34,939 nucleotides of DNA, from the IMG/VR virus record IMGVR_UViG_3300012942_000092, positions 1-34,939 of that record. One strand, given 5' to 3'. Made by a program: the position numbers and the translations under genes. The DNA is from a virus (lineage: Duplodnaviria; Caudoviricetes). Under the pieces are notes generated by a model. It searched no databases, was not told the DNA's origin, and saw only the letters and a list, made by a program, of their open reading frames with translations. Position 1 is the stretch's first letter. The number at the start of each line of letters is the position of its first letter. Positions 1 through 9,479 of the stretch are shown here, piece after piece.

Positions 1-192
1 ATGCTATGCAAATTTTTCGGCTACCAAACAATCTTTGAGTATGGTACAAAAGAGATTAGATGCCATCTTACTTTTGTGGATCCGGATTGCCCAGCAGGAA
101 TTAAAACGGCCAGACCCTTGCACGTGGACAAAGAAGGCGAATTAAAGGAAGAGCCTTTTATAACAGTGATACCCAGTTGGCTGGATAAGTAA
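1..192 (+). CDS. hypothetical protein (possibly 5'-truncated)
   Basis: 63-aa ORF at the window edge, followed directly by a terminator-like hairpin; no recognised motif. Confidence 0.5.
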   Translation: MLCKFFGYQTIFEYGTKEIRCHLTFVDPDCPAGIKTARPLHVDKEGELKEEPFITVIPSWLDK

Positions 193-229
193 TAGAAAGG
201 GTGCCTTATTTCAGGGTATCCTTTCTATT
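191..229 (+). terminator. intrinsic terminator-like hairpin
   Basis: aatagaaagggtgcc...gggtatcctttctatt imperfect inverted repeat right after the stop of 1..192. Confidence 0.65.
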
Positions 230-250
230 TATGGCGAAATCGCCACAATT

Positions 251-278
251 AAAAAAGCCCCTACCGGGAAATAGAGGC
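251..278 (-). terminator. intrinsic terminator of the late/lysis transcript
   Basis: minus strand GCCTCTA-loop-TAGGGGC followed by TTTTTT. Confidence 0.65.
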
Positions 279-359
279 ATCCATTAAATTGTACATCGTA
301 AAATGTGAGCTGCCCAGACATAACCAAGTTAAGGCCGAACAGCAATCAAAGGTAAGGAA

Positions 360-944
360 TTATAGCCAACCTGCATCTTTTCTTTCTATCATAGCCAGCA
401 ATGGAGCGCAGCCGATTTGCTTATCTACCAAAGTAGCACTGAATACCCCGTCATAGGCGTACTTTCCCTTAGTATACCATTGAGTATAAGACCACAGATA
501 AGGACTATTCATATCGTGATATTTCCGATAACCCAGGCCGTTGTATATCTCAAACAGATACAATGCTTCATTAAGTACCCAACCTTCTTTACCGTCCAGT
601 CCGTTTATTTTATCAGTTACTTTCATTTTAATAGCATCGATGGCTGATTCCTCCCAGGTATAAGGGAATTTACCAGACTTAGGTAATGCCAGCGGCCTAC
701 CTTTAGGATCGTGTGTAGTTCTTTTGGTGAGTGGGTCTCCGTTATGTAGGTGGGTTAAAAAGCTATATCCGGATTCTCTATAATGAATACAGGCAATAAC
801 AGCCCAAGGAAGCCCAGTAGCGGTGGCTACAGACTGATACCTTGCTTTGTTCTTAATAGCCTTGTCTGCCTGGTCAGAGACGGCCTTTTCGTCGGTTATT
901 TTCATGGCATCCCATAAGGAGGTGTAGTCATAGGGTATGATCAT
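360..944 (-). CDS. endolysin, lysozyme-like (COG5526-type)
   Basis: IHYRES, LHNGDPL, TWEESAIDA, YNGLGY, SPYLWS, GKY..DG motifs; last gene of the late operon. Confidence 0.85.
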   Translation of the reverse strand: MIIPYDYTSLWDAMKITDEKAVSDQADKAIKNKARYQSVATATGLPWAVIACIHYRESGYSFLTHLHNGDPLTKRTTHDPKGRPLALPKSGKFPYTWEESAIDAIKMKVTDKINGLDGKEGWVLNEALYLFEIYNGLGYRKYHDMNSPYLWSYTQWYTKGKYAYDGVFSATLVDKQIGCAPLLAMIERKDAGWL

Positions 945-948
945 TGGC

Positions 949-1236
949 TTAATCTTTTATTTCTGGAATATCAACTGTCTGCCCTTTCAAGTCATGGGTG
1001 CAGTCATTTAAAAACTGAATCTGGCCATCTCTGATAAAGGAATGGCAGATAGGTGTAGATGGATTGGCACCGCCTACATTCCATAATAATGATGGCAAAG
1101 CAGTGGGTTTGTCCAGATCTTTATTAAACTCCCATACTGGGCCAAATTCAGGATTTGTATTTATAGGATGTTCTATTTTGCAGCCTGGACAAAAGAACTC
1201 ATAATATCCGGGCATTTCCTCTTTTACTTTTGGCAT
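949..1236 (-). CDS. small Cys/His protein, DUF6527-like
   Basis: CPGC..H, W.FN.D..KPT..PS, CHSFI.DG.IQFL.DCTH pattern. Confidence 0.7.
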   Translation of the reverse strand: MPKVKEEMPGYYEFFCPGCKIEHPINTNPEFGPVWEFNKDLDKPTALPSLLWNVGGANPSTPICHSFIRDGQIQFLNDCTHDLKGQTVDIPEIKD

Positions 1237-1814
1237 TACACTAGTTTTAATAATTTTAATATTTTACTCCATCCACCAGTAGCCAGGGATAGTAAAGGCT
1301 TCTTAAATACCAGTACGCCCACTGCAATACAAGCCCAGACAAAACGCCAGTTAGCCTTACTAGTTTTCTTTTTTTCGGCTTTTAGGTTCGATTGGTATAA
1401 TTGTGCGTTATGTATCGAATCTGCCCATAACCCGGCTGATTTAGCCTTGTATTTAGCTATTGAATCATTTGCTTGCTGTAATGCCCTGCCATCGATTACG
1501 GTATTGGTAACAGTTTTGCGCAAAGTGTCGTGTACTGGATAAGGCTTAGTTATAAACACTGTATCATTTCTGCGTACAGTATCTGGAGCGGGTGCGGGCT
1601 GTCCAGGTAAAAATAAAGTATCTGTTACCGTGGTACTATCATTGATACATGGATGCAATCCCTGCCAATACATTCCCAGCTGTGCAAATGCATCTTGGTT
1701 GGATAACGCATTGTTTACAACTTCCTGTGTCTGCCTTTCGGTGTGACAGCTGGACAGAATTAGTAGCAGTAGGAATATCCAGCCAGACATATCAAATAAT
1801 TTATTTCGTTTCAT
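1236..1814 (-). CDS. lipoprotein, candidate spanin (u-spanin-like topology)
   Basis: hydrophobic leader ending in lipobox LSSC, plus C-terminal hydrophobic segment FVWACIAVGVLVF; located in the lysis cassette. Confidence 0.6.
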   Translation of the reverse strand: MKRNKLFDMSGWIFLLLLILSSCHTERQTQEVVNNALSNQDAFAQLGMYWQGLHPCINDSTTVTDTLFLPGQPAPAPDTVRRNDTVFITKPYPVHDTLRKTVTNTVIDGRALQQANDSIAKYKAKSAGLWADSIHNAQLYQSNLKAEKKKTSKANWRFVWACIAVGVLVFKKPLLSLATGGWSKILKLLKLV

Positions 1815-2241
1815 CTTTCTGTTTTTTAGGTCCGAAAATCTTTTTAAATATCCCTCTATGCGCCCAATCGATAGAATCCTGCCTTGCCTGAGCTAACGAA
1901 TCTGCATATAAGCGCTGTAACCTGTAATAGGTATCTTTATCTACCATTGCAGGTAGCGGCCTGTATTTCGTTCTGTAAACAGCTACAGTATCATGCTTTA
2001 TAAGCCGGATCACTTTTGTTTTTACGCTAATAGTCTTGTGTCGGCGTTTCCGTTTGACCTCTTTTAATAGCTGCTGTGTTGAATCGTATGAGAGTAAAAA
2101 ACTGTCTACATAGTTCGCTTTGTGTTCAACCCGTAACGAATCGTGCCTAATCTGATTATAGGCTGTTTTTTCAGGCCAGAATAGCGCCAGGGCTATTGTT
2201 GCCCCAGCTACTGCTATTATCTTTGTTATTAAGTGTTTCAT
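1801..2241 (-). CDS. N-terminally anchored membrane protein (i-spanin-like?)
   Basis: single N-terminal TM segment (IIAVAGATIALALFW); overlaps the lipoprotein gene. Confidence 0.5.
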   Translation of the reverse strand: MKHLITKIIAVAGATIALALFWPEKTAYNQIRHDSLRVEHKANYVDSFLLSYDSTQQLLKEVKRKRRHKTISVKTKVIRLIKHDTVAVYRTKYRPLPAMVDKDTYYRLQRLYADSLAQARQDSIDWAHRGIFKKIFGPKKQKDETK

Positions 2242-2558
2242 TTTTTGCCCTCCTTTAAGTTTTTTACTTCCTGGTTTGTGGCTTGTTGTTTAAAATAAAG
2301 TGACATGAATAGTCCGCTGATACTGTCTATTTTCTTTTGTTGTCGTTCGATTGTAAAGTCCTTTTTACTTTCTCTTAATTGCCCGTCTTCAATTTGTTTG
2401 TCTTTGTCATGAAGCAAAGCTCTTTGATAAAAAAGCAGCGTTGTATAAAGGACCATAAGCACCCACCAAAGGAAAGAACCTCGATATTTTGAAGCCTTTG
2501 CGGTTGCAGGTGGAAGTTCTTCTTTTGCATCCTCTGGTAGTGTAATTGGTGGTGGCAT
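2238..2558 (-). CDS. small membrane protein, possible holin
   Basis: one TM segment (FLWWVLMVLYTTLLFY) plus coiled-coil; first gene of the lysis cassette. Confidence 0.45.
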   Translation of the reverse strand: MPPPITLPEDAKEELPPATAKASKYRGSFLWWVLMVLYTTLLFYQRALLHDKDKQIEDGQLRESKKDFTIERQQKKIDSISGLFMSLYFKQQATNQEVKNLKEGKK

Positions 2559-2576
2559 AGGTTAGGATTTTAATTG

Positions 2577-5500
2577 TTATTCATTGTACCAGTAATATAT
2601 TCGAGAATAGATCCAATTAGATCCGTCAAAAAAGAACTCGGTTTGATTTGAGAATGTCGCAGAATCAGAATTTTGAAGGCCGAAATTATATTTGACATTT
2701 ACTGAGCTAGCAATTTCTCCCTTTACGCCATTTATATCATGTCCATTGCCTCTAACAATCACAGTATCTGGATTCCCCCATGCATGAGGATAAACCACCT
2801 TTACATACCGTCCAGGTTTGGGATGAGCGGGTAGATCTATGTATGTAGTAGATGCCGAATCTGCATAAGTCGATATAAGCGAAATACCATCTTCAACAAC
2901 ATAAGTCGTTGCTACGGATAAACTTTTTGTGCCTATATGCAAGCCACCTCCAAACAGAGTATTGAAGTAGCCTCCATAGGAAGCCGATGATCCGTCTGCA
3001 TCAGTTGTGCCATCCACTCCTAAAATGGCGGCGCTTATGCCGTTAAGGCCATTGTTTCTCCCGAATAAAAGCGCTGCTATTGAAGCGTTATTTGTTACCG
3101 AAAATGAAGGCAATCCAGATACATTGCTACCATTGGTAAAAATACCCGCTGAGGTCATTTCTGAATATCGGTTATCCCCTTCAACATCCCTGGCAGAGAA
3201 TCCGGGTCTATTTTCGCCAGAAGATTGCATAAACCCAACACCTTTGCCGATCCTTGCCAGCGCTTTAGATGCAGGATTAGCCTCTTCTGATGCCGTTGTA
3301 CCAGCTGGCCAAAAGTCAATTTCCGCATCTTTAGCCTTAAGATAAGGAACAGAATAAATCCCTGAACTATTTGGGGCTTCGCTTGCTAGTTCTCCCACAA
3401 TCAGCTTTTCAATTCTGGCATAATCTGCCAATAACAACCCAGTAGCAACGCTTTCAAAGTTGGCTCCAATTGAGTTCCAATAGTCTGTATTTGTTGGAAG
3501 CGTCCCTGCTGGGATATTCCCAGCATCCACACGGGTTAAATAATAAATGTTATCAGTGTATTTAACAGCTTCTACAAGTAAATCGGTGCCATGATATACT
3601 GTACCCGAATCCCAAAGACCTCGATAAGTGGGTGTAGGTCCATTGTCACCTTTAGGGCCACTTAGCCTCGTAGCTGCACTCCAATTCGTCACCAAAGCAC
3701 CAGCTGCCGTTTTAGTTGCGGTGGTCATCCATAGATATTCCAATAATCCTACAGCAGGTTGTGCAGTAGTCCAACCCGGAGGATTGGCATTGTCGTCGTC
3801 TAGTGTGGGTGCGGCAGTTGGCGAACCGTTTTTAGCGAATCTGTGTTCGACGTAGTTGCCAGTTGGACCAGTGGCACCATCGTTGCCATCCTGCCCATTT
3901 TGACCATCACTTACTATGGGAACTACCTGTTCATCGAGTAGAAACGAAGTTCCACCTGCTAAATACATCTGAACTTTAAGAGACTTAATACCTGCACTTG
4001 GTGTATAAGCCTTTGAAGATTCATTTGCTGGGCTGGTGTATTTGGTTGTGTAGCTTGTGCCGTTAGCGCTTTCTTGAATAATAAATCTACAAGCATAAGC
4101 TACTGGTGCAGTGGATCCTGTTTGTGACCGCCCCATCACGGTTATAGAAGCGGGAGTATAAACCCCAGCTGCATTTTTAGCAATTGCGGGTACTGAATTA
4201 ACCAGCCAGTAAGCGGTTGCATTTTCCCCGTCACTACCGTCTAAGCCCTTCCATGGAGACCAGGTGTATTTGCCTGGATCAGAACTATCAGCCGATGTAT
4301 TATCAATATATTGGCCGATAAAAGTCTTATTCGTACCGTCGGTGGTTGAGAATCCAGCCGTACCAGTGTTATTTGTTGCATAGGCTATGTGAAGGTATTC
4401 AGTTGTGCCGTCGTTTCCTTTTACCCCAGGTATACCCTGGTCGCCTGGAATACCTTTAGTCTCCATCCAGGTATATTTGCTTGGATCGGTAGAATCTGTT
4501 GGCGAATTATCTACATAAGTACCAATAAAAGACCGCCCCGTCGCATCAGAAGTAGAAAAGCCACTAGTACCCGTATTATTATTGGCGTATGCTGTATGGA
4601 AGTATGTGCTAAGACCGTCATCGCCTTTAGGACCTTGTATGCCTTGATCGCCTTTCTGTCCAGGTAGTCCTTGCTCACCCTGAGCCCCCTGCGAACCTTG
4701 ATCGCCTTTTGCCCCTTGCTTTGATTTGGATAATACAAACCTTTTTGTAATGGAGCTATAACCGGATCTGGTGGCCGTTAGATCAACGTAACCGGTATCG
4801 GTTGTCATCGCTGTAACAGCGTACACCTTCCCAGACAAAGAGCCGGTAACACCAGCTGACTTTGCAGCAGTGACAGCCCAATTAGCGCTATCATTAACGG
4901 CGCCGTTGTAGATCACCAATTCAGTGTTAGCTCCTGTAAAATTGCCATTATTGCCGTTTACGTCCGTAGGGATCGTGTGACTTTCATTGGTTAGTACGCC
5001 TATAATTGCATTTTGCCCTGCATCGCCTTCCCATTTTTTCCATTTATATTTAGTTGGATCGGTAGAATCGTTAATGTCAAAATCGACGTATTGGCCTATA
5101 AATGCTCTATCAGTAGGATCACTTACTGAAAAATCTAAAGATCCTGTTATATTATTAGCATAGGCAATATGTAAATATTCCGTTTTACCATCTTGCCCAA
5201 TGCCTGGTATTCCTTGGTCTCCCTGGATTCCTTTCGTAAGATTCCATTGATATTTTGAAGGGTCTGTGCTATCTTCAGCAATGAAGTCTACATAAGCACC
5301 TGTATAAGCTTTGTTGCCCGGCGTTTGTGTAAACCCGCCGCCTGTAATAGTGTCGGCATACGCTACATGAAAATAAGATGTTTTGCCATCAGCGCCCGGA
5401 GTACCTGGTACGCCTTGATTCCCGTCATCACCTTGAACGCCCTGAACCCCTTGTGGTCCTTGATCACCCTTATCACCTTTATCGCCCTTATCACCTTTAG

Positions 5501-7697
5501 CCGCTGATATCTGCCAATAATCGGTATCGGTGGGCGCTTTGTCATCAGTAGCAGTTTCACCAATATACAAGTAGGTTTGGCCATTATAGAATACCCGGTC
5601 ACCAGGGAAATAAGTCTGGCCAGGCACATAAGAACCACGGTCCAAAGGAACCGGACCCACAACACCGGGCGCGCGTTGAATTAATGTGCCATTTAGCGTT
5701 ACTGCTCGTTCGTTGCTGACATTCCAGTCAATACTTGAGCTGGCATCACCAAAAAAGAACTGATTTGAATCCAGGTCAAAGTAAATGGTCCCGTCTAAAG
5801 ACTGTATTCTACCTGCTGTAATGATCCGCCCATTAATTGAAGCAAATCCATAAGTAAGCCCTACGCCCCTAAATCCGTCCTGAACGTCATAGATGGCGCC
5901 CACACTAAGCATATAATAACCCGGAACGTCATCTACCAGTATTTGATCTTCACTAACAACCCACGTGCCTGTTAATGCTGTTTTTGAGCATTTGGCATAG
6001 ATATAATAAGGTTTGTCCAGATCGGGAATATCAAGATTCGCTGAAGGGATTGACCATGTAGATCCTAAACCGTCAACTTTTAAATTGTAATGGATCAGCT
6101 TTGTGGCCGTGAAAGCTGCGTTTAAATTATCGTTTGAGACTGTTACACGTCCGCCACTAAGCATAAATGCCTGACTTTTGGCACCCACTGACAACATCAA
6201 AGTCTCAATTGAACCAGGACGGAAATTACCTGGATCAAAATAATCTCCGGACGGATCAAAGATCAAATCCTGTAGCCTTAATTGATTCTGATAACCTCTG
6301 CGGTACCCATCTATTCTACTTCTATCCACTTGCCCAATCAGAGTACTATTTTCAGCATCTTTTGCAATCAGCCTTTGTACTAAAGTAGGTTCCACTTTAT
6401 CGGCAATAGTAGCTGTTATTTGATAAGGTCTGTATAGTGGATAAGAAATTGCTGTTACTCTTATTTGAGCATTGATACCCAGCTTAGTATCTACGATTTT
6501 AACCCGATCGCCTATGCCAATGCTAATACCTTTCTTTTTGGCGTTGATCGGATCTATTTGCAGTCCATAAGCCACACGAGGCACGCTGTTTTCAGCCAGG
6601 TATTCAGTTGCCCGGGCTAGTAATTCAGCTTCAGCAGCTGCTACGTAAGATGGTGGCATCAGAATATCTAACAGTGAATAAGTATCACCGACACGGGCGG
6701 TCCTTAGATCGTTGGGATAAGTGTAACCAGTATCGTCGGTATACGGATTAAATTTGATTGTTTTAGTAACAGGATCGTACCCATTTGCGGCTATCTCAAA
6801 CGTCACACCTGCGAAATCACCGTCTAAGAAAGTAATCTTTGCAGTCGTACCACCAATCAGATAGTCATTAATATTAAAATCTAGGGCGGAATCAGTAATG
6901 CTCAAGCTACCTTCACCCACGGCCGTAACTTTACCTTCTCTATGAGGATATATATCGTCAAAATTAACCACGCCTTCTTCAGTACCGTATAAGTCTGTAT
7001 TTTGGGTCAATGGAGCGCTTAATCTCAATCTTTTACTTCCATAGGTGTAATCCAGGTTCTTATCAGACCCAAAAGCATATAATTTTGTAACGATGTTTTT
7101 ATCATCGATGTTTTTTCTAGTAAGCTGATATAATCCGTTCCCTTGTCCGTATTGAAATCTCAAGTTGGTATCAGCACCTGCTTTTTTCACTAGATGGACT
7201 TCTTTATTATTTACCCAGTATTCTAACCCAAATTGAGTGGCAATTGTATTTAAAGCTTCTCTGCATTTTACATTTGAAAAAGAGAAGTTTTGTACTGGCA
7301 TATCATCCACTTCACCGATTGTCCAGCCTGGGTCAAGTTCATTCATGTTGTCCACCCATAGCTGTAAAATATCATTTGGAGTGGCTGCATTATAGTCAAA
7401 TTCTGCATCTCCTTCATCCATAAAGACTTTACTGTAAGAATTGTAAATCGGTGATTCAAATGAGCAGCTATACGTGAAGGTATTTGTACGGTCGACTTCC
7501 GGAGGTAAGTTTAAAGTAAACTTAACGCCAGCATAAGTAATGTAATCGCCTTTTTTCAAATCTAGCGGTACCGCTGATTTAAATTGACACGCCACCTTAT
7601 GTTCTGCCATAAGGGAATGAGTGAATGTCGCTATGCCATCGGCTGCGATATTCAGGGTTAAGTGTTCGGCGGTATTTCGGTATATGGTTAGGGTCAT
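2577..7697 (-). CDS. large tail tip / host-specificity protein with collagen-like repeats
   Basis: N-terminal phage tail (Tal/endopeptidase-like) region (TKLYAFGS.KNL, FDDIYP.R.G), GXY runs, four YxHxAYA...DSTDPxKYxW repeats, aromatic CBM-like motifs. Confidence 0.85.
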   Translation of the reverse strand: MTLTIYRNTAEHLTLNIAADGIATFTHSLMAEHKVACQFKSAVPLDLKKGDYITYAGVKFTLNLPPEVDRTNTFTYSCSFESPIYNSYSKVFMDEGDAEFDYNAATPNDILQLWVDNMNELDPGWTIGEVDDMPVQNFSFSNVKCREALNTIATQFGLEYWVNNKEVHLVKKAGADTNLRFQYGQGNGLYQLTRKNIDDKNIVTKLYAFGSDKNLDYTYGSKRLRLSAPLTQNTDLYGTEEGVVNFDDIYPHREGKVTAVGEGSLSITDSALDFNINDYLIGGTTAKITFLDGDFAGVTFEIAANGYDPVTKTIKFNPYTDDTGYTYPNDLRTARVGDTYSLLDILMPPSYVAAAEAELLARATEYLAENSVPRVAYGLQIDPINAKKKGISIGIGDRVKIVDTKLGINAQIRVTAISYPLYRPYQITATIADKVEPTLVQRLIAKDAENSTLIGQVDRSRIDGYRRGYQNQLRLQDLIFDPSGDYFDPGNFRPGSIETLMLSVGAKSQAFMLSGGRVTVSNDNLNAAFTATKLIHYNLKVDGLGSTWSIPSANLDIPDLDKPYYIYAKCSKTALTGTWVVSEDQILVDDVPGYYMLSVGAIYDVQDGFRGVGLTYGFASINGRIITAGRIQSLDGTIYFDLDSNQFFFGDASSSIDWNVSNERAVTLNGTLIQRAPGVVGPVPLDRGSYVPGQTYFPGDRVFYNGQTYLYIGETATDDKAPTDTDYWQISAAKGDKGDKGDKGDQGPQGVQGVQGDDGNQGVPGTPGADGKTSYFHVAYADTITGGGFTQTPGNKAYTGAYVDFIAEDSTDPSKYQWNLTKGIQGDQGIPGIGQDGKTEYLHIAYANNITGSLDFSVSDPTDRAFIGQYVDFDINDSTDPTKYKWKKWEGDAGQNAIIGVLTNESHTIPTDVNGNNGNFTGANTELVIYNGAVNDSANWAVTAAKSAGVTGSLSGKVYAVTAMTTDTGYVDLTATRSGYSSITKRFVLSKSKQGAKGDQGSQGAQGEQGLPGQKGDQGIQGPKGDDGLSTYFHTAYANNNTGTSGFSTSDATGRSFIGTYVDNSPTDSTDPSKYTWMETKGIPGDQGIPGVKGNDGTTEYLHIAYATNNTGTAGFSTTDGTNKTFIGQYIDNTSADSSDPGKYTWSPWKGLDGSDGENATAYWLVNSVPAIAKNAAGVYTPASITVMGRSQTGSTAPVAYACRFIIQESANGTSYTTKYTSPANESSKAYTPSAGIKSLKVQMYLAGGTSFLLDEQVVPIVSDGQNGQDGNDGATGPTGNYVEHRFAKNGSPTAAPTLDDDNANPPGWTTAQPAVGLLEYLWMTTATKTAAGALVTNWSAATRLSGPKGDNGPTPTYRGLWDSGTVYHGTDLLVEAVKYTDNIYYLTRVDAGNIPAGTLPTNTDYWNSIGANFESVATGLLLADYARIEKLIVGELASEAPNSSGIYSVPYLKAKDAEIDFWPAGTTASEEANPASKALARIGKGVGFMQSSGENRPGFSARDVEGDNRYSEMTSAGIFTNGSNVSGLPSFSVTNNASIAALLFGRNNGLNGISAAILGVDGTTDADGSSASYGGYFNTLFGGGLHIGTKSLSVATTYVVEDGISLISTYADSASTTYIDLPAHPKPGRYVKVVYPHAWGNPDTVIVRGNGHDINGVKGEIASSVNVKYNFGLQNSDSATFSNQTEFFFDGSNWIYSRIYYWYNE
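4245..5500 (-). repeat. four ~55-aa repeats interspersed with collagen GXY runs inside the tail protein
   Basis: YFHVAYAD, YLHIAYAN, YFHTAYAN, YLHIAYAT, each ending DS(T/S)DP.KY.W; GDKGDKGDKGDQG run. Confidence 0.85.
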
Positions 7698-9097
7698 AAT
7701 AATAAAGATTGCGGGTTGGGATCGTAATTGAACTGAGGATCAAGTAGTGCAAATCTGCCAATAAGAAAGTCGATAACTTGGCCTACATTTGATAATATCC
7801 TGTGGTTACCATCAGCACCCCACAAGTCGATGTCGTCTTTCCACAAATCGTACGGATACGTGCTGGACAATTCGCTGAAAAATGGCTGCAAAAATTCGGC
7901 ATTAAAATATTTGTTTCGGAGTTCGGCATATCTTGCATCATACCTTCCTTTGAATCCAGCCAATGACTTGACATACATCAATGAAATTTGCCAAAACGGA
8001 TCATTTATATCTGAGTACATTTCAGGGCCTACAATGTCTCCCCATAAAGGCGCTTCATGTCGAATCCCAATTGACCGATCCATGTCGTACAGACACGGCC
8101 ACCATACAAGTCCATCATAAGTAACCAGATTCATATTTTTAACTCGATTATCAGTACACCAGAAGACCAACATAATTAGGAAATAATCAATTACTGCATC
8201 AATTTTTAAGTACTGATCAGCGTTGGCGGTAAAATCAGATTGAGTCGAGGTTTGCACGAATTGTATAACTCTGGTTAGTGCATCCTGGGTTTCCTGAGGT
8301 GCCGTAACGTCAAATTTAGGGTTCTTGATATCCCATTGGTCAGCCCTATACCATGGTGCAGACGGAGGAAATGCGTAAAAATTTTCCGCACCAGCCATTA
8401 TCTGTAAAACTTCGCCTTTGTCCATGTTGAAGTTTTGGCGCTTCCTGGACAAATTCCAGCTATAAAGACCTTGGTAGTCTCCATTTACATACAACTCACA
8501 CGCAAAGCCGTCAATAACACCCCTTGCGCCCGAGTCTTTAATTTTTTTAATTGGTAGACCTCGACTGTAGGATACAGACCAGGGGAACGCCTGACTTTGT
8601 GGACGTGTTTCCCAAACAAGCTTTGCAATCCTTGCAATACCTATATCTCTGACGCCCAGCACATCACTATAGTTTGATTTCAAATGAAAGCTATCAATAC
8701 TTACCCAATCACCAAACTTGATCTTAAACTCATCTTCATCAATATTTAATAGGTCGATTGAATAACTTTTTTTAGGGTTCCCCAATGATGTAGCGCCTTG
8801 CCATTCAACGTCGGCCAGCTTTGTAAATACAGTGCCGTTTTCGTCGTTATATTTCAATACCATTCTTACTGGCAGATCTTTACCAATCCCTGTCATGTCG
8901 CCAAACAATTGAACTTTTGCAGCGGTTTGCTTTGGCCTGGCAACGATAGCACTTTTGGCACCAGTAAAATCCCTTCCGCCCATTTCGAGCATTGGGAACC
9001 GGAAAGATTTGCCATCCTTATTGGAGAATGGGATCCAGCTATCTTGATCCGGCGTTCCGTCCGGGAGTTGATTTATTTTCTTTGCCTTAACTGCCAT
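7694..9097 (-). CDS. CotH-family atypical protein kinase
   Basis: KKSYSIDL, LKSNYSD, ELYVNGDYQGLY, IDYFLI..DNRVKNM, W.P.LYDMDRSIG, RYAELR motifs typical of CotH. Confidence 0.8.
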   Translation of the reverse strand: MAVKAKKINQLPDGTPDQDSWIPFSNKDGKSFRFPMLEMGGRDFTGAKSAIVARPKQTAAKVQLFGDMTGIGKDLPVRMVLKYNDENGTVFTKLADVEWQGATSLGNPKKSYSIDLLNIDEDEFKIKFGDWVSIDSFHLKSNYSDVLGVRDIGIARIAKLVWETRPQSQAFPWSVSYSRGLPIKKIKDSGARGVIDGFACELYVNGDYQGLYSWNLSRKRQNFNMDKGEVLQIMAGAENFYAFPPSAPWYRADQWDIKNPKFDVTAPQETQDALTRVIQFVQTSTQSDFTANADQYLKIDAVIDYFLIMLVFWCTDNRVKNMNLVTYDGLVWWPCLYDMDRSIGIRHEAPLWGDIVGPEMYSDINDPFWQISLMYVKSLAGFKGRYDARYAELRNKYFNAEFLQPFFSELSSTYPYDLWKDDIDLWGADGNHRILSNVGQVIDFLIGRFALLDPQFNYDPNPQSLLL

Positions 9098-9100
9098 ATC

Positions 9101-9478
9101 TTATATTTGAAACTTACCGCAAGTTTTAGCCTGCTGTAATTTTTGAAGGATCATATCATTTACGATTACCGGGTGTGTGCTGGCCATGGACTGGAAATAA
9201 TCAAATTCACCCTGCATGGTCAGTTCGTCGAAACAAAATCCCTCTGCATTGGTATCCACATAGCTTCCGTCGCTTTTATTGACGATTGTTTTATTGTCAG
9301 CGACTAGTTCTTTGTCGAAGGGTTTTAATACCGGATTGTCAATCTCACTACCATTATCATCCACTGGAAGTATGCGAGTGTAAACGGTAACCGTTTTTCC
9401 TTCAAGATTATAGGTAAGCGCTCTTACCCGAGCTTCCAACTTAATGCCCATTATTGGGTCTAAACTTATTTTTGTCAT
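9101..9478 (-). CDS. hypothetical tail-region protein
   Basis: 125-aa ORF tightly packed between tail genes. Confidence 0.7.
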   Translation of the reverse strand: MTKISLDPIMGIKLEARVRALTYNLEGKTVTVYTRILPVDDNGSEIDNPVLKPFDKELVADNKTIVNKSDGSYVDTNAEGFCFDELTMQGEFDYFQSMASTHPVIVNDMILQKLQQAKTCGKFQI

Positions 9479-9479
9479 G

